The notes: generated by a model not told the origin, from the letters alone. A stretch of 64,000 nucleotides of DNA from Macrostomum lignano (GCA_002269645.1 NIVC01002325.1:119587-183586); one strand, 5' to 3'; shown: positions 1 to 13,259, counted from the stretch's first letter. Translations and numbers: made by a program.

Positions 1-212
1 ATCCTCGATACTTTACTGACAGATCCTCAATTCTCTACTGACAGATCCTCAATTCTCTACTGACAGATCCTCGATACTTTACTGACAGATCCTCAATTCT
101 CTACTGACAGATCCTCAATTCTCTACTGACAGATCCTCAATTCTTTACTGACAGATCCGCAGTTCTTTACTGACAGATCCTCAATTCTCTACTTACAGAT
201 CCTCAATTCTTT
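1..212. repeat. 22-bp tandem repeat (ATCCTCAATTCTCTACTGACAG)n
   Basis: About 10 units visible; mirror copy at 26461..26727. Confidence 0.95.
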
Positions 213-698
213 TCAGGGGAATCATCACCAGGCTCGGGGTGGGGGGGGGGTTGGCACACCCCCCTGACCCCTGGCTTCACTGGCGCTCGGTTATCTTCAA
301 CGAGAGCAAGCGAGCAGAAGTTCGAAAATAAATTTAGCTGCGGGTGCGGGCGAACTTCTCTTTTCTAACTCAAATACCCTTTTTGTGTACGAGAGACCCG
401 CAGCCGGTCTTTTTTGGGGCAGAGTTGCAAAGGCAGCTCGAGAATGAGTCAGAGAAACTTGCTTGTGGGTGAGACTCGTTAGAATGTCTCATTGATAATT
501 CTGTATAATGGGTAAGTCTGTATTCTGTGTTAGAGCGACTTATAAAATGAAGCTTAATGCGGATGGAATTGGTTGATTTAGAAGAATGTACAAAACTATG
601 AAATTAAAAATTCACTAAAACATGAGCATGGCGCTTTACATTGAGTTAAAAGTGACAAGATAAACGGGAAATCCCTTGAAAGCGGCAGGCAGCGCGGC

Positions 699-1361
699 TC
701 AGTAGTGATAGTCCAGCGGGTTGCGGTAGCCGTCGCCGTACATCCAGTTGGACGTTCGCTGCAGCCAGTGCTTTCGCCATTCGTATTCTCGCCGCTTGCC
801 CAGCCTCCGCTCCAACCCGCTGTCGAAGTAGCTGTACTCGCTGTCTTCGTAAACAGACGAGCTGGAGGTCCTCCTGCGCCTGCCAACCTCGAACAAGTCC
901 ACGTCCTTCTGGCGCAGGCTGAGCTCCTCCTCTCTCTGCTTCTCCTGCAGCTCCTCAGCTTCCAGACAGTCCGCCACCCACAGAGCTTGGTAGGTGCGGC
1001 TCTGCTCCCGCAGCAGAGCGAATTTGATGCCGATGAGGTGCCGCTCGCTGTTGCTCAGCTGCTGGGCTTCCCGCCTCTCCGCTGCGGCTGCCTCCTCTTC
1101 CACCGCTTCCTCCTCCGCGTTGTCGGCGCCGAACTCCTCCAGCTCGTCGTGGCTGGGCAGCCTCGGCAGGCTTTGCTGCGACGCCTCGTCACTGCCGGCG
1201 GTTCCGTCCAAGCTGTCGCGTCGCTGATCGTCGCTGCTGTAGCCGGAGTCGCTGCGAACCAGCCGGAGCTGCCGCAGCATCCTGGCGGTTGAGTCCGACA
1301 GCCGCCTCAGCCGAGAGCTCCGCCTGCCGTTCTCCTGACCTTGCTTCTCATGGCTGGACAT
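699..1361 (-). CDS. Hypothetical 220-aa protein, acidic/coiled-coil-like, with DSGYSS motif (left-arm copy)
   Basis: ATG-initiated ORF with GC-rich codon usage like the bona fide genes of the window; identical in both arms. No recognisable domain. Confidence 0.5.
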   Translation of the reverse strand: MSSHEKQGQENGRRSSRLRRLSDSTARMLRQLRLVRSDSGYSSDDQRRDSLDGTAGSDEASQQSLPRLPSHDELEEFGADNAEEEAVEEEAAAAERREAQQLSNSERHLIGIKFALLREQSRTYQALWVADCLEAEELQEKQREEELSLRQKDVDLFEVGRRRRTSSSSVYEDSEYSYFDSGLERRLGKRREYEWRKHWLQRTSNWMYGDGYRNPLDYHY

Positions 1362-1367
1362 TCCGGA

Positions 1368-1462
1368 TTGCCTGTGCTCTGCTGCCTGCGGTTGGGTGTC
1401 TGCTGTCTGCCTGCGGTTGGGTGTCTGCTGTCTGCCTGCGGTTGGCTGTCTGCTGTCTGCCT
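1368..1462. repeat. 24-bp tandem repeat (CTGCCTGCGGTTGGGTGTCTGCTG) upstream of the 220-aa ORF
   Basis: 3-4 units; mirrored near 25215..25300. Confidence 0.85.
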
Positions 1463-1564
1463 GCAGCCGGCATTCATTTTCTTGTTTTTATCGCTTAGCT
1501 GTGCGCAAGCGCACAAATAGGGAACTTGCCTAACAGACGGCACTATGCTGATGTCAAGTCTATT

Positions 1565-1652
<88 letters not shown>
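1565..1652. repeat. (CT)n microsatellite
   Basis: Direct reading; mirror (GA)n at 25026..25109 differs in length and interruptions. Confidence 0.97.
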
Positions 1653-1654
<2 letters not shown>

Positions 1655-3433
1655 CTGCTTTGTTCGCGCTCAGCACAATGTAGCTGGCCCAGTCATGGCA
1701 TTTTGGCAGCCGCTGTTGCACACAGGTGAATGCAGGACTGAAAAGTTGAGTCATCCGCCTGCACTAAACTCGAGCTGCGTGGGGCCGAGTTTGCTTTGGA
1801 TTATGACAGCTAGCTGACACAAGCAGCAAAAGTTCGGCTTTGTTCGAATGTAACCGTCAAAAGACTGCAGAAACTTATCATTTCATGAACTTTGCGAGTG
1901 AGACTTGCCTGCATGACAAAGAACTTCTTTGGTATCGCAGCTGTAAATCAAAGGCCGAACAAATTTGTCAATAATTTCAAAATAATTTGAGTTCAGCTTA
2001 TCAGCCTTTTTGAGTGTATTGAAAATCATCCTGAAAAAGATCGACGTTTTCCGTTCCGCTTCCAGCTCAGGCAGCTACAGAGGTCCTTGGTGTTACTATA
2101 AATAGCCTAGATCAGTAATTACGTGACAAGCGGAATCGAGAGTGGGCAGCACCATCCTGTTATTAGCTGACATTTTGGTGAAAAACAGGGACAACTAAAA
2201 CACTCATTTGGTATTTTATAAAGTTGTACTTTGGGTGAAAAATAGCACAAAAATTTTCGTTTTGTCTCCTCTCGGAGATTTTATGCACCTGACAGCTAGC
2301 TGCCACTCGGCTAGCGAATTTTTTGGACTAAAGACATGCATCAGTTTTATTCTCATCGTCTGCTTTCTGATCAAATTAAAGCAAATTTGTCAGCAATATT
2401 TGATTACTTAGATTATGACCAGATGGAAGCAAAAAAGTTTTTCTAAGACGTAGTCTGTAAGCACCGGCGATCTTGCACAGTTGCAGGGAAAGATTAAGTA
2501 TTACGCATGCAGAAGTACAGTATGAGCAGAAAATATCTAAACGGCATCCTGTGGTTCAAGTGCCGAATGCTGCAGGGCTTTAGTACTGAAAATTGTTGCA
2601 AATTTCCTGTGTTTAAATACATAGAAGAAACAGCGTAACTTCAGATGGATGTTGCTGTAGTACATGTTAGCTGCAGCTCAACAGATCATGATGGATTGGA
2701 GACTGCAGATTTGCCTATAACATGCGGACAAAGTAGGCTAAGAAATTTTGTACCTCCTATACATGTATCTACGTTCGTACCCAAATTATTAAGACTGATT
2801 TATACATTTTATAGTGGTAGCTCAAGCGAACGGTATCGCGGTTAAGTGCGGTATTTTAGTTTATTTGCAATAAAAAATGAGTGACATATAAGAAAGGGAT
2901 CATTGGGGGTGAGTAACAGTGGCTTGAGTCACTGTCAACCCAGACAGATAGCGCCCACACCCAGCCAGCAAGCTGAGGGAAGGAATTGGACGCCTCGACC
3001 AGGCTCGCACACCCCTGCAATGACCGCGACAATATCAATTTTATTAGATCCTTCAAACGGTCATTTACGTCATTTACAACGGACTGACAAAAATCGATTT
3101 AGGTGACAAGTAAAATTTATTTTCAACTTTGGTGGCCAATTTAAAACTGTCTTTGACACATATACTTGTCGAGGTCCTTAAGTCGTCCTATTTAAGTCGA
3201 TGACACATGCATGTAGCTTCAACCCGGCACACTTTTGATTTTTGCACTTGGTAAAAAATAAACAAAACAAAAAACAATTGATTACTTTTAATTTCCTCGG
3301 TTTCTTTTACAGGGCGATCTCGGACAGCTTTAACTGTTATTATAATTGACGCAAATCTTTCTAATAGATTTTGTCGAAAATAAAAGTCGCAGTTTCTTTT
3401 TTTCAAAAAGGTTGTTAAATTCGCTGAAAAAAT

Positions 3434-4126
3434 TTGCTAGCAAAATTTGCTAGCAACAGTGTGATATCATCAGAACTTGAGCTTACTCCAATCTCTCAAC
3501 GAATCGCTAAAACCTACCTCATCTATTGGCTGAAGATTAGACACAAAAAACTCTGCCAAACGACTCTAGAAATTTTCTACTCAAACACCGGCCAGAAAAA
3601 TCCATGGAAAATGAATGTACTAAAGAAACTGGAAAGTATAGACCTAAAAGCACTAACTGAAGATAAACTTTCCCAAAGCTTTAGTAACGAGAAATACCTA
3701 GTGAAAAAGCACCTCAAGATACACAGAGAAAGAGAACTTAGCCAAAAGCTAGAGAATCAGCAACATATTAAACTCTACAAAAACGCCTATCTCTACAAAA
3801 AAATCTGCAGGCCCGACCTTTCAGATTACTTTCCATGCACATTTAGAAACAAAAAATTCTTAACAACCCTCCTAAAACTGAAATGCGAGATTACACCCAA
3901 CTTTTTTTCTCAAGAACCATGTAAAATGTGTGGAGCGCAAAATGGTTCTGACATCCTGCACTACTTGACCGAATGTCCACAAACTGAAGAGATCAGGAAA
4001 AAATACTTCTGCCAATACCTCTTAAATGGCAATCAAATACACAAGATAGGATATGCTACAAATGAAAAAAGAGTCAGAAAAGAACTAACTGGTGTAGCTA
4101 AAATATTTGAAGTCATGAATAGCTAA
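3434..4126 (+). mobile_element. 5'-truncated non-LTR retrotransposon, ORF2 C-terminal region with CCHC-type knuckle
   Basis: 'SELELTPI..RI...YLIYWLKI' resembles the post-RT motif of LINEs; CKMC..x..HYLTEC knuckle. A-rich coding strand; starts at a TTG after a 13-bp duplication (AAAATTTGCTAGC x2). Confidence 0.7.
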
Positions 4127-5339
4127 AACAGTTAAACAAACTGACTCAGATACATCAGCAGTGTAACAAACCCGCTTTTCAGTCATTTATTCATTTACTG
4201 TCTTTTTTAATTTCCTATTTAAATCGTCGTTAATCGTTAGACGTTAAGTTCGTTCGAAGTATGTTTATGTTCGTTTTTCACGCTTTGATATATTACGCGC
4301 TTTCAAAAATACTACATGTCCTTTTACAAAAATCGCATAGTATTGAGAGCAATCCTTAATTATACTGATTATTTGTTATATTTGTTAAGATCTAACTACC
4401 TTTCCTGAATCGCATTCTAGAAGAATCGTTTTGCTTTAAGGTCCAGCCGTGTCCCACTCGTGAGGCCATTCTATCCTCGGAAAACACGGCCTTGCAGCCC
4501 AGTAATGAATGCAGCGGTGTAGCGCTGCATGTATTTCTGGCTTTATTTTACGTTGTATTTAATACATTTGCGCACGTATGCACCAGCCGGTTCTATAAGC
4601 CACCGTGGGTGATATTGGTAAACAAGTGTACAATTCAAATTGCATTTTAGCTAGCTATTAAAATAAGCCTGCCTATACATAAAATTTTACCACTTGCCAA
4701 TTAGTTAGGCTTAGATTTATTTATTGCTCTTTAGACTTTGGAATCATTTAAAATTTACATAACTATATCCTATTTTTTGTTTAGCCTAGGCAAAATGCAT
4801 ATTTAATAAGCTTTCTAGGCTTCTAAAATCTAATAGCAATAGATAAAAACTACCTACCTAGTAATTTTTTACCTAATAGTAATACAAAGCCAAGCCTTCT
4901 TTTGTGTTATAAAGCCTTTATGCTATGTTAGAATATGTTTTTTAATGATAATAAGATTAAGAATCTTTTTTTTCTTTGGATCTAAAATTCATTTGGTCCT
5001 TCTTTAATTTAAGTAGCTTAGGCCTATCTTTTTATAAGACCTAAGCCTAGCCTATGTTTATAATGTATTATATTAAAATGTTTTAATAATATTGTTTTAT
5101 GGAAATCAAAAGTAGGAATATAACTATATAAGATAAAGCATGCCTAAAAATAAAATAAAAATCTTTTTGAAATAATTAGCCATAGTCTAATCAACTATAG
5201 ACTAAGTAATAACTATTCATTGCCACTATATAAAGTCATGATATCCCTCTAGTTGTGACCTTTTCTTCCCCTCTAATGCTAGGCCTTACCTTTTTCTTTC
5301 TAGCCCATATTCTCTTCTCTAAAGCCTCACCTTCTTTTC

Positions 5340-7030
5340 CCTTCAGTATTACCCTCCTCCCCAGTCCCACAATGTTTTCCCATTAAATTCTTACCCTTTT
5401 TTCATAATCTCACCCTCTTACTCCTACCCTCTAGCCCCACCTTCCTAGCCTCTAGTCCCACTATCCTTCCCTCCAGCCCCACCCTCCTTCCCTCTAGCCC
5501 CGCCCTCCCTTCCAGCTTCCACCCTTTTCTCTCCTCTAGACCCATCCCTTCTCTCCAGCCCCACCCCTTCCTTCCAGCCCCACCCATTCCCTCCAGCCCT
5601 ATCTCTTCCCTCCAGCCCCTCCCCTTCCCTCCAGCCCCACCCCTTTCCTCTAGCCCCAACCCTCGCCTCCAGCTTCCACCCTCTTCTCCCCTCTAGCCTA
5701 ACCCTCCTACCCTCTAGCCCCACCCTCCTTCCCTCCAGCCCCACCCTCCTCTCTAGCCCCACCCTCCTTCCCTCCAGCCCCACCCTCCTACCCTCTAGCC
5801 CCACCCTCCTTCCCTCCAGCCCCACCCTCCTACCCTCTAGCCCCACCCTCCTTCCCTCCAGCCCCACCCTCCTACCCTCTAGCCCCTCTCCTTCCCTCCA
5901 GCCCCACCCCTTTCCTCTAGCCCCAACCCTCCCCTCCAGCTTCCACCCTCTTCTCCCCTCTAGCCCAACCCTCCTACCCTCTAGCCCCACCCTCCTACCC
6001 TCTAGCCCACCCTCCTTCCCTCCAGCCCCACCCTCCTACTCTCTAGCCCCACCCTCTTTCCCTCCAGCCCCACCCTCTTCTGTAGCCCCATCCCACCCCC
6101 TTCCCTCCAGCCCCACCCTCCTACCCTCTAGCCCTGCCCTCCCCTCCAGTTTCCAACCTCTTCTCCTTTCTAGCCCCACCCTCCCCTCCAGCTTCCACCC
6201 TCTTCTCCCTCCAGCCCCACCCTCCTACCCTCCAGCCCCACCCTCCCCTCCAGTTTCCAACCTCTTCTCCCCTCCAGCCTCACCCTCTTCTCCCCTCCAG
6301 CCCCACCCTCCTACCCTCTAGCCCCACCCTCCCCTCCAGCTTCCACCCTCTTCTCCCCTCCAGCCCCACCCTCCTTCCCTCCAGCCCCACCCTCCTACCC
6401 TCTAGCCCCACCCTCCTTCCCTCCAGCCCCACCCTCCTACCCTCTAGCCCCACCCTCCTTCCCTCCAGCCCCACCCTCCTACCCTCTAGCCCCTCTCCTT
6501 CCCTCCAGCCCCACCCCTTTCCTCTAGCCCCAACACTCCCCTCCAGCTTCCACCCTCTTCTCCCCTCTAGCCCAACCCTCCTACCCTCTAGCCCCACCCT
6601 CCCCTCCAGTTTCCAACCTCTTCTCCTTTCTAGCCCCACCCTCCCCTCCAGTTTCCAACCTCTTCTCCCCTCCAGCCTCACCCTCTTCTCCCCTCCAGCC
6701 CCACCCCCTTCCCTCCAGCCCCACCCTCCTACCCTCTAGCCCTGCCCTCCCTTCCAGCTTCCACCCTCTTCTCCCCTCCAGCCTTACCCTCCTTCCCTCC
6801 AGCCCCACCCTCCTACCCTCTAGCCCCACCCTCCTACCCTCTAGCCCTGCCCTCCCTTCCAGCTTCCAACCTCTTCTTCCCTCCAGCCTCACCCTCCTCC
6901 CCTCCAGACCCACCCCCTTCCCTCCAGCCCCACCCTCCTACCTTCTAGCCCCACCCTCCCCTCCAGCTTCCACCCTCTTCTCCCCTCCAGCCTCACCCTC
7001 TTCGCCTTTCTAGCCCCACCCTATTTTTCT
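5340..7030. repeat. Pyrimidine-rich minisatellite (~23-bp units, CTCCAGCCCCACCCTCCT..; G-rich on minus strand)
   Basis: Direct reading; mirror at ~19650..21340. Confidence 0.95.
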
Positions 7031-7120
7031 ATTCAGCCTCACCCTTTCTCGTAGCTCTGCTAATAAAATTTAATTATCCTTTTCAGAAGTGAAAAATAAT
7101 ATTTCTCTTTTCTCTCTTCA

Positions 7121-8010
7121 GAATGTCCTCGCACCGGTCTTGAGGTCATACCACGTGCCGGAGCGACTGGTCGCAGCAACCATAACTCTCTTCTAGGAGA
7201 CCCTGGCCGCCGTGGTGACACCTGACGGACTATCCGACCTGTTCAAAACGACCTCAGGGATGCTGCAAGGCGACACGCTTGCGTCCAACCGTTTCGTGTT
7301 GGTGCTCGATGGGGTGCTACGTAGGGCCCTGCCAAGGTGCTACGTAGGGCCCTGCCAACAGATGAGGACAGCTTCCTACTGTGCCGGCAAACAAGCAGCC
7401 GCCAATCGGAGAAGCGGCTGTCACTCATGGGTTACGCCGACGACCTGGCGCTGCCCGCCTCTACGGCTGAGGGAGCTCAGCGCATGCTAGACAGCCTGGT
7501 TGGTGGCAGCTGCGGCATCGGTCGGGCTAGCGGTGAACATCGAGAAGACGGAGGTGATGACTGTACCTGCGGAGCTGCCTATCAAAATCACCTGCTGGGA
7601 CACCCGACGGTCATGCAGCAGCTCTACCTCGCTGCGCGTGCTTCACGTACCCCGGCGATCTTGTGCCCAGTGTCCAGGAGGACTTGGCGCGACGCAGGGG
7701 CCTGGCCTGGGCGGCCTTCCGCTCCATCCGAGTCGTCCTGCAGAACGCCGCGCTGCCAGACTGCTGCGATCACCTAGCGAGACCCTCCGCAGGCGAAGAC
7801 ATCAGCTGGCGGGCCACACCATCCACGCGGAGGCCTACTGTTCTCAACCAGTGCAAGACGTCCTGCTGCTCACGATGCAGGGCCCCTGGCGCCGGGGCTA
7901 CGGCCGGGCGAGTCGCGTCGCGGATTGCCTGTTGGATGGCGCTGGGGTGATTGGCCAGGCGCACGCTGTTGCCGCCTTTAGAGAGCTCGCACTGAGAGAA
8001 CTGATCTGAC
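7121..8010 (+). mobile_element. Degenerate non-LTR retrotransposon reverse-transcriptase fragment (RTE-like)
   Basis: Motifs VTPDGLSDLF-TTSGMLQGDTLA, YADDL and VGLAVNIEKTEVM across frameshifts and stops; followed by DLARRRGLAWAAFRSI. Confidence 0.9.
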
Positions 8011-8596
8011 ATTGCCTCCCATTGTGAACTGTTACTTTTAACTCAACAATACTGGGTGTGCCTTGTTGTTATTTTCTCTTCAAAAAAATTTGCCTAGCTG
8101 CGAACTGTGATGGTGCATATCGCGTACTCGTGATTCAATAGCTTATACTTATTACTGTTTTACTTATTGCCTTCCGATGTCAATGCTATTTATTGCATGT
8201 AATATTATCGCAAAATTTAAGTTCGGGTGTCATTATTTAGCTACTGCCGCTGTTCTGCATTACAATTATTATAGTACTTCCTATCTACTGACGTAACATT
8301 GTACCAAAAATTTTACATTGCGTGGCGCCAAAACCAATCTTGTTGAATGCTACTAGCGTAATAGCCGTTTGAATCGCTTGAAATACATTGTAATGCCATG
8401 CTGTATTGCTTTTGACGATCTAAACGACACTGGCTAGACTTCACTGATCCATATGCTCCTCAAGCAAGGTATATGGAAAGCAGATTGAGCAGCAAACTTA
8501 GTGTTTGATTGATAGAGATATTGTATAGTTGGATCTTTGGATCACGGATAGAACCAAGGAATCTAGATCTGGAGGCATGGAGGCATGCGGGGGAGC

Positions 8597-9834
8597 CGCC
8601 GAAAGCAGCGGAGCTGTTGGGGGGAGCGGCGGAAAGCAGCGGAGCTGTTGGGGAGCGGCGGAAAGCAGCGGAGCTGTTGGGGGAGCGGCGGAAAGCAGCG
8701 GAGCTGTTGGGGGAGCGGCGGAAAGCAGCGGAGCTGTTGGGGGAGCGGCGGAAAGCAGCGGAGCTGTTGGGGGGAGCGGCGGAAAGCAGCGGAGCTGTTG
8801 GGGGAGCGGCGGAAAGAAGCGGAGCTATTGGTGGAAGTGGCGGAAAGCAGCGGAGCTGTTGGGGAGCGGCGGAAAGCAGCGGAGCTGTTGGGGGAGCGGC
8901 GGAAAGCAGCGGAGCTGTTGGGGGGAGCGGCGGAAAGCAGCGGAGCTGTTGGGGAGCGGCGGAAAGCAGCGGAGCTGTTGGGGGAGCGGCGGAAAGCAGC
9001 GGAGCTGTTGGGGGAGCGGCGGAAAGCAGCGGAGCTGTTGGGGGAGCGGCGGAAAGCAGCGGAGCTGTTGGGGAGCGGCGGAAAGCAGCGGAGCTGTTGG
9101 GGGAGCGGCGGAAAGCAGCGGAGCTGTTGGGGGGGGGAGCGGCGGAAAGCAGCGGAGCTGTTGGGGAGCGGCGGAAAGCAGCGGAGCTGTTGGGGGAGCG
9201 GCGGAAAGAAGCGGAGCTATTGGTGGAAGTGGCGGAAAGCAGCGGAGCTGTTGGGGAGCGGCGGAAAGCAGCGGAGCTGTTGGGGGAGCGGCGGAAAGCA
9301 GCGGAGCTGTTGGGGGGGGGAGCGGCGGAAAGCAGCGGAGCTGTTGGGGGAGCGGCGGAAAGCAGCGGAGCTGTTGGGGGAGCGGCGGAAAGCAGCGGAG
9401 CTGTTGGGGAGCGGCGGAAAGCAGCGGAGCTGTTGGGGAGCGGCGGAAAGCAGCGGAGCTGTTGGGGGAGCGGCGGAAAGCAGCGGAGCTGTTGGGGGGG
9501 GAGCGGCGGAAAGCAGCGGAGCTGTTGGGGGAGCGGCGGAAAGCAGCGGAGCTGTTGGGGGGGGAGCGGCGGAAAGCAGCGGAGCTGTTGGGGGAGCGGC
9601 GGAAAGCAGCGGAGCTGTTGGGGGAGCGGCGGAAAGCAGCGGAGCTGTTGGGGGAGCGGCGGAAAGCAGCGGAGCTGTTGGGGGAGCGGCGGAAAGCAGC
9701 GGAGCTGTTGGGGGGGGAGCGGCGGAAAGCAGCGGAGCTGTTGGGGGAGCGGCGGAAAGCAGCGGAGCTGTTGGGGAAGCGGCGGAAAGCAGCGGAGCTG
9801 TTGGGGGAGCGGCGGAAAGCAGCGGAGCTGTTGG
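8597..9834. repeat. G-run VNTR (GCGGCGGAAAGCAGCGGAGCTGTTGGGGGA, ~29-33 bp)
   Basis: About 1.24 kb array; the mirror at 17331..18082 is only about 0.75 kb. Confidence 0.97.
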
Positions 9835-10230
9835 TTTGATAACAGCTGACAGGCTTATTTGCATAGAGCGATGCTATGAGAATGAATTCAGTCAGTCAGT
9901 TTAAGGCAGAATGCTGGCTCTCTGCCTCTGCCTACCCTTCAACTGAATCGAGTGAACTCGCAGTGCCTGGAGTGCCCGAAGTTGGTTCTACATGTACGTA
10001 TGCATATTGTTTTGGCAAACTGGATTACAAAAAGGTACGGCTCATTTATTACAGTGTACTACATGTATTTGAGTGGCGAATTGGTGACGGTTTAAATGTT
10101 ACTAGGGCTACGTGTGTGTGACCCGGCCGGTGCTCTACTACCTTGAATTCATGCCCGTAAGGCTCAGCCTCCGATCATTTACTAATTATTTAATGTCGCG
10201 AGAGGGGACTCTCAGTCCCCAACATCCTGC

Positions 10231-13200
10231 TATTTAGTTACTCGAACCATGCAATTCCGACGCTCGGTGAAGCTCTAGTCGAAGTCACTCATGGAGGACT
10301 GCAGCATAAGCTGAAAGTTTTGGTGGTTAAGGGCAACGGATCGAATTTGCTAGGAAGGGACTGGCTGAATATCCTTAAGCTGGATTGGCAGAAGGTTGTC
10401 CACGTGGCTGAAATTGGAAGCACCTTTTCACCAAAATCCATCTTTGAGGCTTACCCGGAGGTGTTTTCGTCTGGACTCGGACTCATCAACAACGCGAAAG
10501 CAAGGATCATTGTTCGTGAGGATTACTGTCCGAAGTTTCACAAGAGCAGACCTGTACCGTTTGCAATGAAGAAGCTTATTGAGGACGAACTCAATAACCT
10601 TGTCAACGAAGGGATCATATCAAAGCTGAGTTCATCAGATTGTGCTTCTCCCATTGTGCCAGTGCTGAAGAAAGATGGGAAATCAATCAGGATCTGCGCG
10701 GACTTCAAGAGGACTATTAATCCACAGCTGGAAGTGGACAAGTATCCACTGCCTCGACAGGAGGAAATATTTGCTACTTTGAATGGTGGGAAGTACTTTT
10801 CCAAGCTGGACATTTCTCAAGCTTTTCTGCAGCTGGAGTTGGAAGAAAGCAGCAGAAAATTTACGACCATCAATACACACTTGGGATTGTATCAGTACAA
10901 TCGACTAACAATGGGCTTGGCTTCTGCTCCTGCTCAGTTCAAGAAGCGATTGAGAAAATTCTCTGTGGACTGGAAGTTGTTGCTTACATCGATGATATTC
11001 TAATATCGGGAAGGTCACTCGAGGAACACGATCAGAAACTGCATAAAGTGTTGAAGACACTGCAATACAGGGGTGTCAGACTCAACAAGGACAAGTGCAA
11101 GTTTCGGCTGCAAAAAGTAGAATTCATGGGTCATATTATCAATAATGACGGACTGCACCCATCTCCTGACAAGGTAATTGCTGTGAGAAACGCACCGAAT
11201 CCTACCAGTGTGTCCGAGGTTCGATCCTTGGTTGGACTTATTAACTACTATGGGAAATTCATACCCAACTCATCAACTGTTCTGGCGCCACTCAACCGAC
11301 TCCTGAGAAACGATGTGACATTCAGCTGGAGCAGTCAGTGCCAAGCTGCTTTGGACTCTGTGAAGTCAATTCTGACATCGGACCGGCTGCTGGTGCATTT
11401 CGACCCAAAGAAGCCGATCATCCTACACACTGATGCTTCGAAGTATGGGCTCGGATGTGTTCTGTCCCACACAATGCCAGGTGGTGCCGAGCTGCCTATC
11501 AGTTACGCATCAAGGACACTGTCACCAGCGGAGCAGAATTATTCTCAGCTGGAAAAAGAAGCGCTATCAATCATATTCGGGATCAAGAAGTTCCATCAGT
11601 ATCTATTCGGGAACAAGTTTATTTTGGTAACAGACCATAAGCCTCTAATTACTATTTTCGGAGAAAAGAAGGACATCCCGAGCATCGCAGCTAGCAGATT
11701 GCAACGTTGGGCAGTCTTGCTCTCTGCTCATCAGTACGAGATAAGATTTCGAAAGACAGAGGACCACGGCAACGCTGATGCGTTATCCAGGTTGCCATTG
11801 CCAAGTTCGACGTCCCGAGTGGACAAAGTCATGGAACGTCGACTTCAAGAACTGCCTATCACCGCTGTCGAGATTCGTCGAGAGACAGCCAGGCATCCTA
11901 TCCTGAGCAAGGTAATCAGGTTCTGCCAGAACGGTTGGCCGGAGAAATGTGAATTTGAGCTTGAGATATACCGTCAGAAAGGAAACGAACTCTGTCTTGA
12001 GCAGGGAGTCATCTTCTGGGGTATACGCGCCATCATTCCATCTAGCCTCCAACACCAAGTTTTGGACCTGCTGCACGAAGGACACCCTGGGATTGTATCG
12101 ATGAAATCGATCGCTCGCCTGCACGTTTGGTTTCCGGGAATCGACCAACAGATTGAAAGAGCTGTGAAACAATGCAAGGGATGCGAACTGCAGCGAAGCA
12201 AACCACCAGAATCTGCTGTTCACCCGTTGAGTTGGCCAGAAAAGCCATGGACGAGACTTCAGGCAGATTTTTTCGGACCGTGTTTCGGATTCAATTGGTT
12301 GGTAATCGTGGATGCCACATCAAAATGGGTAGAGGTTTTTCCAATGAAAGTTGCCAGTGCCGCGAACACCATTCAACGCTTTCGAGAGACATTTGCTCGG
12401 TTTGGAATACCTCGACAGATACTGACCGACAATGGAAGCCAGTTTGCATCACAGGAGTTTGCTGAATTCACCAAGCGAAATAACATCCATCACATCTTCA
12501 GTGCTGTAGGACATCAAGAACCAACGGGCTCAGTGAGCGAATGGTTCAAACAGCCAAGAATGCGATCAGAGCAGGCATGAAGAGCCACGGTGATGCCATG
12601 CTGAGCCTGCACAATTTCCTATTCCGCTATAGAAGCACGCCTCATAGCACAACGGGCAAGTCACCTGCCGAGATGATGCTTGCGTATGCAAGACGGACAA
12701 GGCTGGACTTCCTGAAGCCAGACACATACGGAGAGTCCTGGATTCGCAAAGTAAGCAGATGATGCGCCGGGAACATATTCCTCACCGAGAGTTTCAGGCT
12801 GGAGATATAGTGCTAGCTCTTGATTTCAGGAGGGAAAAAGAAAACAAGTGGGCTCAAGCCAAAGTGTTGAAACAGACTGGGCCGCTGTCCTACCACGTGG
12901 AAGTCAACGGACAAATCTGGAAACGACGCGTGGATCATCTGATCAAATCTGAAACCGAAGTTGTGCCCCAGCCACAGTGTGATTTCGACACAGAACTAAC
13001 GCAAGCACACAATGCCAAGAATAGCTACAAGTTGAAAAAGGATGCAAAAGAGGAAGCTGAATCGACGGGACCAAATCTAGAGCATCATGGTCAGACTGGC
13101 AAGTCTTCGCGGGCCATAGACAAAACTCGAAAGTTAGCCGCGTCATCAAGCTTCGATATCAAGCCAAAGGACGGCCAAGATGTGAAACAGCATCCGAACC

Positions 13201-13259
13201 AACGTGTTTTGCGTGACCGGTCAAAACTGAAGAAACCGGATTTTTTTGTTGCGAATTAA
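10231..13259 (+). pseudogene. Gypsy pol, interrupted by three apparent 1-bp deletions (~10940, ~12510, ~12735)
   Basis: ORFs 10320..11003, 11048..12580, 12541..12762 and 12759..13259 join into one pol if a single base is restored at each junction; no in-frame stops otherwise. Confidence 0.88.

Noticed and set aside
232-290. CAGTG-starting G/C-run segment resembling a hAT end (mirror at ~26392..26445)
   Set aside because: No matching second terminus or TSD could be located.
8188-8199. ATTTATTGCATG resembling the 3' end of a flatworm spliced leader as I recall it
   Set aside because: A short AT-rich match only; no upstream leader sequence, no GT donor after the ATG and no Sm site, so it is not an SL RNA gene.
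5402-9904. Long ORFs in the arm minisatellites (LEGRRVG..., ERRKAAELLG...) and their mirrors
   Set aside because: These are translations of stop-free tandem repeats, open in several frames at once, with no unique coding context.
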